IMG/VR virus record: IMGVR_UViG_3300035701_000014
Length of the DNA: 64,000 nucleotides
Source: a virus
Lineage: Duplodnaviria > Heunggongvirae > Uroviricota > Caudoviricetes
Reading direction: 5' to 3' (one strand)
Part shown: positions 53,671-61,063 of the stretch, in pieces
Layout of the letters: the number at the start of each line of letters is the position of its first letter
Numbering within the stretch: position 1 is the stretch's first letter
Notes under the pieces: generated by a model
Told to the model about the DNA's origin: nothing
The model's database searches: none
The model's input: only the letters and a program-made list of their open reading frames with translations
Position numbers and translations under genes: made by a program

Positions 53671-54104
53671 ATTTCATCGCCTATTTTTATATCTCGTAAT
53701 GGTCTCTCTACAATCCTACCTCTAGTCTTGACAAAAAATTTATGGTCTCCAGTAGCCTTCACAGATTTTCCAGATGATGTTTTCAATAGGAATACTTTTT
53801 TGATACCAGATGGCTTCACTATTGCATAAGAGAATTTTGTTTTCTTTTTCAAAAAATCAAACACTTTGACATCTACACTAGCTTCTATCACAGACTTTCC
53901 AATGAGGTCATCCAACGTTTTGATACCCCTAGAAGTGCAAATTCGAGTATCCAGAGACAAGCACCCCGTAGCCCCGCATACGATTGCAAGCTCGTTTCCA
54001 TTCCTCGAAAGCATCTTTTGCCTTGCGTTGTAGCAAATCTGGTTTAACGCATACTCGTAGAGCGGGTCGTCCAATTTTGTCAAAAGCTCACCCAAATCAC
54101 CCAA
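53658..54104 (-). CDS. N-extein (47 aa, ends ..AIVCGATG) of the P-loop NTPase fused to split-intein N-fragment (IntN, about 101 aa)
   Basis: 148 aa, TTG start; CLSLDTRI... and ..ATGDHKFFVKTRGRIVERPLRDIKIGDEI resemble DnaE IntN (..ATKDHKFMTVDGQMLPIDEI..). Confidence 0.65.
   Translation of the reverse strand: MGDLGELLTKLDDPLYEYALNQICYNARQKMLSRNGNELAIVCGATGCLSLDTRICTSRGIKTLDDLIGKSVIEASVDVKVFDFLKKKTKFSYAIVKPSGIKKVFLLKTSSGKSVKATGDHKFFVKTRGRIVERPLRDIKIGDEICIV
53661..53963 (-). other. IntN split-intein segment
   Basis: starts at Cys48 (CLSLDT), ends at the stop after GDEICIV. Confidence 0.6.
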
Positions 54105-54519
54105 GTGTCTGGCGAGGAAGGAAATTTTTCTTGGTCATAAAAACTAATAAGGCTTTATGCTTCGTGTTCATGAATTCCTTCTCGCAGGTTTCTCCCCACC
54201 TCCTTTGGTCTCTCTTGTAATCCAGCCTTTTCGGGGGTGTCCCCAGCCTCACTTTGTATGATTTAAGAGTATCAGTAATTTTTTTCCTATACTCATTTGC
54301 AGGGACAGAATTCTCATTTATATACCCAAATAGTAATTTCTCGAGTTGCTCGACTGAATTTGAGTATCCATCCCAATCTCCCTCATTGTCAAATTTCCTG
54401 ATGTCGTTGAGCTGGAAGATAAGGATTGAGCCGAAGTCTATCTCTTCCGCCTTGAGCGAGTCAAATGTCCCTGCTTCATCAGGGCTTCCAAGTGCATTAT
54501 TGAATTTTTTCTTCGCCAT
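54097..54519 (-). CDS. hypothetical protein upstream of the fractured ATPase gene
   Basis: ORF track 140 aa. Confidence 0.4.
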   Translation of the reverse strand: MAKKKFNNALGSPDEAGTFDSLKAEEIDFGSILIFQLNDIRKFDNEGDWDGYSNSVEQLEKLLFGYINENSVPANEYRKKITDTLKSYKVRLGTPPKRLDYKRDQRRWGETCEKEFMNTKHKALLVFMTKKNFLPRQTLG

Positions 54520-54520
54520 A

Positions 54521-55015
54521 TCAAAACACTCTGGGTCTGACGGTTTTTACATATCCATGCTTTGGCTCATATAATTCCCCAGTCTTCCTCAGCATCTCCT
54601 CAATTATCCTAATTGTAGGAGTTGTCTCCAGCCCGTATTTCTTCGCTTCTTCGACAACTTTCTCAACTTCGACCAAATCATATTCACTCTCAAAATTTTT
54701 CACTATCTCAAGTATTTTCTTTATTGCGTCTGCTTTCGGGATAGATGTTGATTCTTCTACTTTTAACTTCTTCATCTCTATTATCGTGCTCTTCAGTATC
54801 ACCATATCCTCCCTACATCTATACTCCCTTTCCAAGTCGGTTGATTCGCTGTAGTCCTCGAGCATGAAAGCCACTCTGATGCACAAATCAGTCTCAGACA
54901 GCAGGAATCCCACACCTTCGACCCTTATCGGAAGCGGGCATCCAATCTTCTCTATGGGGGTGGAATCCCCATGCGTATTGAGATGGTCATAAAAGCGTAT
55001 ATAAATCATTTCCAT
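54521..55015 (-). CDS. hypothetical protein
   Basis: ORF track 164 aa. Confidence 0.4.
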   Translation of the reverse strand: MEMIYIRFYDHLNTHGDSTPIEKIGCPLPIRVEGVGFLLSETDLCIRVAFMLEDYSESTDLEREYRCREDMVILKSTIIEMKKLKVEESTSIPKADAIKKILEIVKNFESEYDLVEVEKVVEEAKKYGLETTPTIRIIEEMLRKTGELYEPKHGYVKTVRPRVF

Positions 55016-55021
55016 GTTCCA

Positions 55022-55852
55022 TCACTTCGCTGCACTTATCGTCTGGTTCATGGCTGCCAAGATTGCGCCCTTCATTTCACCCTGTCCCTGCATGACTACA
55101 ACCACCAGCCCAATCACTATGAGAAGCCCGATTCCCAAGGCGACAAGCCCCCATTTCATCCATTCCATCTCCCTGAGTTTTTTCATCAGCATGTCCTCTG
55201 CTGCTATCCTTGCCTTCTTTATCATGAGGGTGAACATGTTATCCAAGCTCTCAGGACTTCCACCAGTTTCCATGCCTACTTTGTTTGGATTCACTGGGAG
55301 GATGACATTCTTCTTCACGAGAGGTGCACTGCACTTGCTGCACCGAGCAGATGTTTCCTTCTCTGTCAAAGCCCCCTCGCAATATGGGCATTCACCATCC
55401 TTGTTCAGGTCTTTCACGAACTTCTTGCAGTTCTCGCAATAATTTTTCCCCTTGCTGAGTATAGGGTCTTTTACCTCATCCTCGCAAGTTTCACACCACC
55501 AAACCTCCTCACTGTCAGATGCTGGCAATAGGGGATTCACTTTGTTCTCGTTGTATATCAACCAAGGGACTCCCGACATATAGAAGAACAAAAGATTACC
55601 AAGCTCATCCTTATTCTTCAGCCTGAAAAGCTTGTTGTTCGTAAGCAGGAGCTCCTCCCTAGTCAAATCGACAACTTTCCTATAAAGGAACGCTCCTTTC
55701 CCGATGATGCCCGCAATCCCGTAATTCTTCTTCTCGAGCATTCTTTTTATTTTCACTCGGTTGTTGAGCTCTATAGCCCAGCCTACTATTGCTGCTCCGC
55801 ACCCAAACAGCACTACGAACATCTCCAAAAACGGCGACCCAAGTTCCATCAT
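55022..55852 (-). CDS. membrane-anchored protein with multiple zinc ribbons
   Basis: 276 aa; CETCEDE..CENCKKF..CPYCEG..CSKCS; C-terminal TM. Confidence 0.45.
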   Translation of the reverse strand: MMELGSPFLEMFVVLFGCGAAIVGWAIELNNRVKIKRMLEKKNYGIAGIIGKGAFLYRKVVDLTREELLLTNNKLFRLKNKDELGNLLFFYMSGVPWLIYNENKVNPLLPASDSEEVWWCETCEDEVKDPILSKGKNYCENCKKFVKDLNKDGECPYCEGALTEKETSARCSKCSAPLVKKNVILPVNPNKVGMETGGSPESLDNMFTLMIKKARIAAEDMLMKKLREMEWMKWGLVALGIGLLIVIGLVVVVMQGQGEMKGAILAAMNQTISAAK

Positions 55853-56178
55853 ATCACCTCTAAAACCACAAATTTTCCTTTCGGAAGATTCAACTCTGTG
55901 ATACGTTCAATTTGTTTATATCTACCTCTGACCAAATCCTCTATCAACATCTTGATTGTTTTTTTACCGAATGTCGTTAAAGGCATTTTTATTCTATAAG
56001 CTCTACCCATCTATCCCACCCCTTCCTCATCAACTTTTTTCTCCACTATCCTGCATTCGTATCTTTTATTTTTTAAAATCTTCTTTATGACGAATTCACA
56101 CAATTTATCTAAAGAAGAGAATATCCTAGTTATTTCATGCTCATTTTCCCCAGTTGGGATGCATAAGTATACTTCCAT

Positions 56179-56532
56179 TCAATCCGCTCCCTTTACTACA
56201 TCGGAATAGAGCTTCTCCAAATCATCTACTCTTCTGGTCATTTTTATCTCATTGGCGATATACGCAATGCCACCAAAAACAGCAGTAACTGCAGCTATAA
56301 CACCAAAGAAAAGGAGCATTATAATGGACTGAATTGCTGTGAAAAACTCCTCCGCATTGTTCGCAGGTTTTAACTGATGGGTGACTTGATATACCCCCAA
56401 TCCGCCATAAACTATACTAATCAAGAAGAGAAATCCAATGAGAATAGTATAAAACATCTTATTAGATTTCAATACTTCTTTTCTTGTTTCAACCAAATCC
56501 TCATAAAGTTTTTTCTTTAGTTCATTTTCCAT
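56179..56532 (-). CDS. small membrane protein
   Basis: ORF track 117 aa. Confidence 0.4.
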   Translation of the reverse strand: MENELKKKLYEDLVETRKEVLKSNKMFYTILIGFLFLISIVYGGLGVYQVTHQLKPANNAEEFFTAIQSIIMLLFFGVIAAVTAVFGGIAYIANEIKMTRRVDDLEKLYSDVVKGAD

Positions 56533-56541
56533 TATATCACC

Positions 56542-57009
56542 TCAAAATCCTTTTTTCGGTTTTACAGGTCTCTCCTCAGCTCTCCTCTCCATGATTGCTC
56601 TCTGTGTGCGGGCTAATTCCCTCGCCCAACCTTTATCTGAGCAGTGTAACAAAAGGAAACCCATGAATTCAGCCCAGCAGGTCTTCACATACTTTCTTTC
56701 TACTGGAAAGTCCATCATGGCACAAAGCAAAATATCAAAAAGAATTTGAGCCATTTCCTTGTCCTTATCGGTATCGAGCTTGGACATAGCCATCTCTTTC
56801 ACAAGACCAATCGATTTCTGGGCAGTAATAAATGTAGTCGGCTCGAAGAACCATTCCTGCTGCTCGAAATCAGTCCTTATCCCCCCTCCCTGTCTCTGAA
56901 AGGAATAATCCACCATTGCAGCATCGTCTGCTGCTGCGTCATATTCCTCCTGCGAATCCTCTTCTGGAGGAGGCTGTTGCTTCTTGGGTTTTCCTATACC
57001 AAGTGCCAT
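56542..57009 (-). CDS. hypothetical protein
   Basis: ORF track 155 aa. Confidence 0.4.
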   Translation of the reverse strand: MALGIGKPKKQQPPPEEDSQEEYDAAADDAAMVDYSFQRQGGGIRTDFEQQEWFFEPTTFITAQKSIGLVKEMAMSKLDTDKDKEMAQILFDILLCAMMDFPVERKYVKTCWAEFMGFLLLHCSDKGWARELARTQRAIMERRAEERPVKPKKGF

Positions 57010-57078
57010 ATCACCGCCCCGAATGTAAAGACGATTACCAGCATTTGTCCAAATATCGTGTTGACCATACTATCCCCC

Positions 57079-57372
57079 CTATACATCCTCTAAGCTTTCC
57101 TTGGACAGAAAGTTCTCGCCTTTCTTTGTTATACTATAATACACAACATTCTTTACTGCAGTTCTCTTGACAAATCCGAGTTTCTGCAAGCCCCGCATCA
57201 GTTTCCTGACATATTCCTTTCCGCCTTTGAATTGTGAGGCAGTAAGCAATTCATCGGTGTTTTTCTCCCCAGTTTTCAGGCATTCCAATACTGTTCTCCT
57301 TCTATTGGGACAGAGCTTGCCCTCCTTCATCCCTCCATCTCTCGCAAACAATGACGCACTCGACACTAACAT
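57079..57372 (-). CDS. winged-helix transcription regulator (ArsR/PadR-like)
   Basis: 97 aa; LECLKTGEKNTDELL...LQKLGFVKRTAVKNVVYYSITKKGE. Confidence 0.45.
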   Translation of the reverse strand: MLVSSASLFARDGGMKEGKLCPNRRRTVLECLKTGEKNTDELLTASQFKGGKEYVRKLMRGLQKLGFVKRTAVKNVVYYSITKKGENFLSKESLEDV

Positions 57373-57406
57373 ATCTTCACCCCCTTTCTGTCTTGGGTGT
57401 CCAACC

Positions 57407-57664
57407 TCATATCTTCCCCATCCTTTTCAGGTCTTCTGCAGCCTTCTTCTGTATCTGCTGTATCTGTGCATAACACTTGCTACAAAAATTAAAAGAATTT
57501 GTTACCTCCCCGTTGCAGTTCGGAGTATTGCATTTTGTCAATCTCTTGTAGCAATCATCACAGAAATTCATGGTATGCGTTGCTTCCTTGCTGCATTCCT
57601 CATTGTCGCATTTTGTCATCCTATCGCCTCGAGTATTTCGACTTCCTGTTGGGGTTATACACAA
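57407..57664 (-). CDS. zinc-ribbon protein
   Basis: 85 aa; CDNEEC..CDDCY..CNTPNC..CSKCY. Confidence 0.4.
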   Translation of the reverse strand: MCITPTGSRNTRGDRMTKCDNEECSKEATHTMNFCDDCYKRLTKCNTPNCNGEVTNSFNFCSKCYAQIQQIQKKAAEDLKRMGKI

Positions 57665-57815
57665 TGACTTGGCATCTCGGGCAGGTTATCTTCAATCCCT
57701 GCTTTTTCATATCCTCCCACGTCTTGTTCTGGAGATAGAAAACTGTCTTGCAGCTCCCGCAACTGAATGTCTCAATAATCAAGTCATCCAATGGATTATG
57801 CATGCTGGTCTTCAT
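57621..57815 (-). CDS. zinc-ribbon protein
   Basis: 64 aa; CGSC...CPRC. Confidence 0.35.
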   Translation of the reverse strand: MKTSMHNPLDDLIIETFSCGSCKTVFYLQNKTWEDMKKQGLKITCPRCQVIVYNPNRKSKYSRR

Positions 57816-57820
57816 CTATC

Positions 57821-58030
57821 TCACTTTTTCTTCGTTGGCTTCGGCTCTGGCTCTTCTGGCTCTGCAGTAGGTGCTTCGACTTCCACATGCACATAATACT
57901 GGACACTCACCAACCCTCTCTCGGAGGAATTGAATATCTCTTTGTCAATCCCTATCGTCCTTCCTCCTTGTGGCATATCAAAGCATCCATTCTTATCCAA
58001 ATCTATTCTTACAACTTTCTTCGTCACCAT
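57821..58030 (-). CDS. hypothetical small protein
   Basis: ORF track 69 aa. Confidence 0.35.
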   Translation of the reverse strand: MVTKKVVRIDLDKNGCFDMPQGGRTIGIDKEIFNSSERGLVSVQYYVHVEVEAPTAEPEEPEPKPTKKK

Positions 58031-58035
58031 CTATA

Positions 58036-58260
58036 TCACCTCGTTTCTTTCTCATCCATCACAAATCTGTCAAGGTCACGCAAGTGACTGATGAGCCTGA
58101 AATGATACGTATGAAATTCTGCGACCTGCATTTTGCTGCATTCCCCATTACGCAGGCAATTGTCTATGAGAGCCTGCAGATTATTCAACTCATCTTTTAT
58201 GTTCCCCAGAATCTCCGCCTTTTGCTTCTGCATTCTTCTCAACCCCCTTTTCAGTTTCAA
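58036..58260 (-). CDS. hypothetical small protein
   Basis: ORF track 74 aa. Confidence 0.35.
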   Translation of the reverse strand: MKLKRGLRRMQKQKAEILGNIKDELNNLQALIDNCLRNGECSKMQVAEFHTYHFRLISHLRDLDRFVMDEKETR

Positions 58261-58400
58261 TTTTCTGGACTTTATTCCATTCCCCCTTTACGTCATCCTT
58301 GATGCTGCCTCCTTGCCCTATCGTCATGCCCTTTACTATCCCAGAGGCAAGGTTGACCCAGAGCTCATCAAATTTCTTTTTGATGTCAGACCATTTCATA

Positions 58401-59108
58401 TCAACACCTATATTTATCGGCAGCAGAGAATGTCGCCCAGCAATCGCAGGCATCCTGCTGCCATCCAACATTTCTATTGCAATCCGCCCTCAAGCATGTA
58501 TAATGTCCTAAATCATATTGATTCATTAGGCTAATCATACAGGGATAATCATACTGGAACTGCAGTGCACTTGGAACGTCATGTGTATAATTTGTAGTAG
58601 TCGTATGGTTAATGGTGGTAGGAGCAGAAGTCGTATTGAGATGCAAATTGGTGATTGCAGTGTTGAGCTGATTAATCGATGTCTTCAAATCATTATAGTT
58701 TTTCTGCAATGTTTGGATGTCACTCCGCATGGAGCTCAGATTCCCAGCATTCGCATTCAATTTCGCCAAACTGTCGCTTAATGCATCCAATCGATTATTG
58801 AAAGTATTAGTCCAATTCGAAAGTCTTGTCTGGGTGGTCTCAATGCCCATAAGGTCTCTCTTGTCAGCCTTCATCCCAATTGCCTTGGTCATGTTGTCAT
58901 TGATTGAATTTACACACGCCTTCAATGAAGTGTCATCATATTGCTTATCAAGGAACAAATGGTATCCATAGAGCATGACTCCAAAAATCACTATCATCAT
59001 TACGATACTCAGCCAATTTATTCCGTTACTCGGCATCTGCAAGCTCGGGATTCCCACTTTCCCAATTGAAATCATCGGCTTCTTTGGTTCATCGAGTTTT
59101 ATTACCAT
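58401..59108 (-). CDS. membrane-anchored coiled-coil protein with C-terminal Cys cluster (track ORF 58401..59174; start at Met23)
   Basis: TM then N/T/L-rich heptads; CLRADCNR..CDC. Confidence 0.4.
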   Translation of the reverse strand: MVIKLDEPKKPMISIGKVGIPSLQMPSNGINWLSIVMMIVIFGVMLYGYHLFLDKQYDDTSLKACVNSINDNMTKAIGMKADKRDLMGIETTQTRLSNWTNTFNNRLDALSDSLAKLNANAGNLSSMRSDIQTLQKNYNDLKTSINQLNTAITNLHLNTTSAPTTINHTTTTNYTHDVPSALQFQYDYPCMISLMNQYDLGHYTCLRADCNRNVGWQQDACDCWATFSAADKYRC

Positions 59109-59356
59109 CCTATCGCCCCCACTGCAATCCCAATCAGAAACGCTACATTGAAAATAATAAGTTCCCAGATGCAAGCCAATAGGAATGCTTTCTGGTCGTC
59201 ATCCCCCTCACTCAAAATTTTATTGTATTTCTTGCTGTCGATTATGATAAATCTCGGAATCACAAAGAAAGCAAACAATTCCGCAAATGCCACTAGGGCT
59301 ATGAAGATTGGATTCATCAGACCACTTTCTTTCTTGAATGTTTCATTTTTATCCAT
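59102..59356 (-). CDS. small membrane protein
   Basis: ORF track 84 aa. Confidence 0.35.
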   Translation of the reverse strand: MDKNETFKKESGLMNPIFIALVAFAELFAFFVIPRFIIIDSKKYNKILSEGDDDQKAFLLACIWELIIFNVAFLIGIAVGAIGW

Positions 59357-59694
59357 CTGATTCTCGGGATTCCTTCAAGGGCATCATCAAGAGAATGCGA
59401 ACTGGTCGACACATAATTAACACTTGGAATGTCCCTCATCGCATTCTCGAATTTCATCTTATTTTCCATAGATTGGTATTGCCCTATGACAGTGTATACC
59501 AAAAGAAGGGATGTCACTGAAGAAAATATCAAAGTCGGCATGTCCCTGTTCAGTGCTCCTACAATAAATAACAAAACCGAAAATCCCGCCACAACCCACA
59601 TGAGCCTCAGCCCAATCTTGAACTCAGGGGGCTCTGCCTGCACACCGTTTATAGTCACACCAACACCTCCACTAGCTACATGCGTATCCATCAT
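59317..59694 (-). CDS. membrane protein
   Basis: ORF track 125 aa. Confidence 0.4.
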   Translation of the reverse strand: MMDTHVASGGVGVTINGVQAEPPEFKIGLRLMWVVAGFSVLLFIVGALNRDMPTLIFSSVTSLLLVYTVIGQYQSMENKMKFENAMRDIPSVNYVSTSSHSLDDALEGIPRIRWIKMKHSRKKVV

Positions 59695-59980
59695 CTATAT
59701 CATCTCCAATTTTACACGTCTCTCCGCACCTGTTGCATCTCCAAATCTCATTCCTTTCCTTTACCTCACCGTTTTCAACAACCATTGCAGTTGTCGTCCT
59801 AATAAGATTTGGAGTATGACAGTGAGGGCAAATATCAGTCCTATGTTCCCATAGCTCGTGGAATAGGCGAACCAGTTCTTCCTTCTGCATTTTATCAAGT
59901 TCCCTCTGTTCCATTCTCGCACCTATTGGGTTGTTCATCCGTAAATCTTCAAAAAATTTTTCATTTTGTCGCATATTCAC
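59672..59980 (-). CDS. zinc-ribbon protein
   Basis: 102 aa; CPHCHTPN...CNRCGETC. Confidence 0.4.
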   Translation of the reverse strand: MNMRQNEKFFEDLRMNNPIGARMEQRELDKMQKEELVRLFHELWEHRTDICPHCHTPNLIRTTTAMVVENGEVKERNEIWRCNRCGETCKIGDDIDDGYACS

Positions 59981-60113
59981 CCACGAATCTCACATAGAAG
60001 GAGGTTATATATAAATCTATCGTAAATGGGTAATTTCTAGGTAAAAAATAGGTAACATAACTTTCTTCTTTATATATGCCCCTACGCCAAGAAATTCCAA
60101 GAGGTGTTTAAAT
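59981..60113. promoter_or_regulatory. divergent promoter region with TATA boxes and AGGTAA direct repeats
   Basis: ttatatataaat / tttatatatgcc; gggtaatttctaggtaaaaaataggtaacat. Confidence 0.35.
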
Positions 60114-60344
60114 ATGAAACTTGGAATGTCTGCAGGTATCTACCTGATTGGAGTTGGTATAGGTGTCTTCCTTGGAGTGATTACCTACCAGCTCGTAGCT
60201 AACTTCACAGCATCACTGTCGCCAGCACCTACGGGAACTGACTTACTGATAATCAGGACAATCCCGACTTTCTTGGCAATAGCAATCATGATGCTGCCAG
60301 TGGGCTCAATCTACTTTATGTCAGCAGGAACAGGAGCTACGTAG
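60114..60344 (+). CDS. small membrane protein, tandem paralog A
   Basis: MKLGMSAGIYLIGVGIGVFLGVITYQLV... Confidence 0.5.
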   Translation: MKLGMSAGIYLIGVGIGVFLGVITYQLVANFTASLSPAPTGTDLLIIRTIPTFLAIAIMMLPVGSIYFMSAGTGAT

Positions 60345-60416
60345 AAGTAGACAGGTAGTCGAAAAAAAGAATTGGATGCCCATTTCTTTTATTTTTTTAA
60401 GTAGAATATAAACGAG

Positions 60417-60656
60417 GTGGAAACAATGAAACTTGGAATGTCTGCAGGTATCTACCTGATTGGAGTTGGTATAGGTGTCTTCCTTGGAGTGATTACCTAC
60501 CAGCTTGTGAGCAACTTCACGCATTCGCTAACGCCAGCACCGACGGGAACTGACGCACTGATAATTCAGACAATCCCGACTTTCTTGGCAATAGCAATCA
60601 TGATGCTGCCAGTGGGCTCAATCTACTTTATGTCAGCAGGAACAGGAGCTACGTAG
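60417..60656 (+). CDS. small membrane protein, tandem paralog B
   Basis: METMKLGMSAGIYLIGVGIGVFLGVITYQLV... Confidence 0.5.
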   Translation: METMKLGMSAGIYLIGVGIGVFLGVITYQLVSNFTHSLTPAPTGTDALIIQTIPTFLAIAIMMLPVGSIYFMSAGTGAT

Positions 60657-60685
60657 AAGTAGACAGGTAGCAAAAGGTTGGAAGT

Positions 60686-61063
60686 ATGGACACCCTTATC
60701 TTACTTTTGTTATTTTTCTTCTCAATGATTCTCCTAGTTTTCGGGCACTTTGTCAGAGAGCAGAAACAGCTTTTCTATATTGTTGCAGGTCTTCTAATTC
60801 TTATCATGGGAATCCTTATTTTCGTCCAAGGGTTATCATTTGACAATATCATTGGGAGGAATTTCCAGCAGAATTTTGAATACTCATCAAATGCCACGCA
60901 GAGCCCGTCAAATGCGACTACGAGCCAGACGTATGTATTCTATGCGAGAAACGATGATTTTACAAAGATTATATCGATTTTCTTTATGTTCGGTGGTGTG
61001 TATATTGTAGTCAAAGGAAATGAAACAGTGGAAGAACACGAAGAGGAAGAACATGAAACCTAA
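60686..61063 (+). CDS. membrane protein with acidic tail
   Basis: ORF track 125 aa. Confidence 0.4.
   Translation: MDTLILLLLFFFSMILLVFGHFVREQKQLFYIVAGLLILIMGILIFVQGLSFDNIIGRNFQQNFEYSSNATQSPSNATTSQTYVFYARNDDFTKIISIFFMFGGVYIVVKGNETVEEHEEEEHET

Larger units (their letters stand above)
60101..60670 (+). repeat. tandem duplication (about 300 bp x2, over 90 percent identical) carrying two paralogous small membrane-protein genes
   Basis: 60114..60344 and 60417..60656 encode near-identical 76/79-aa proteins; flanking DNA also duplicated. Confidence 0.75.

Noticed and set aside
53658-54104. Reading the three minus-strand ORFs at 51881-54104 as a frameshifted pseudogene
   Set aside because: Each piece starts with its own start codon right after the previous stop. 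IntN and IntC have the lengths and sequences of natural split inteins, and the middle ORF is a complete endonuclease-like gene, so a functional fractured gene is more parsimonious. Sequencing error is not fully excluded.
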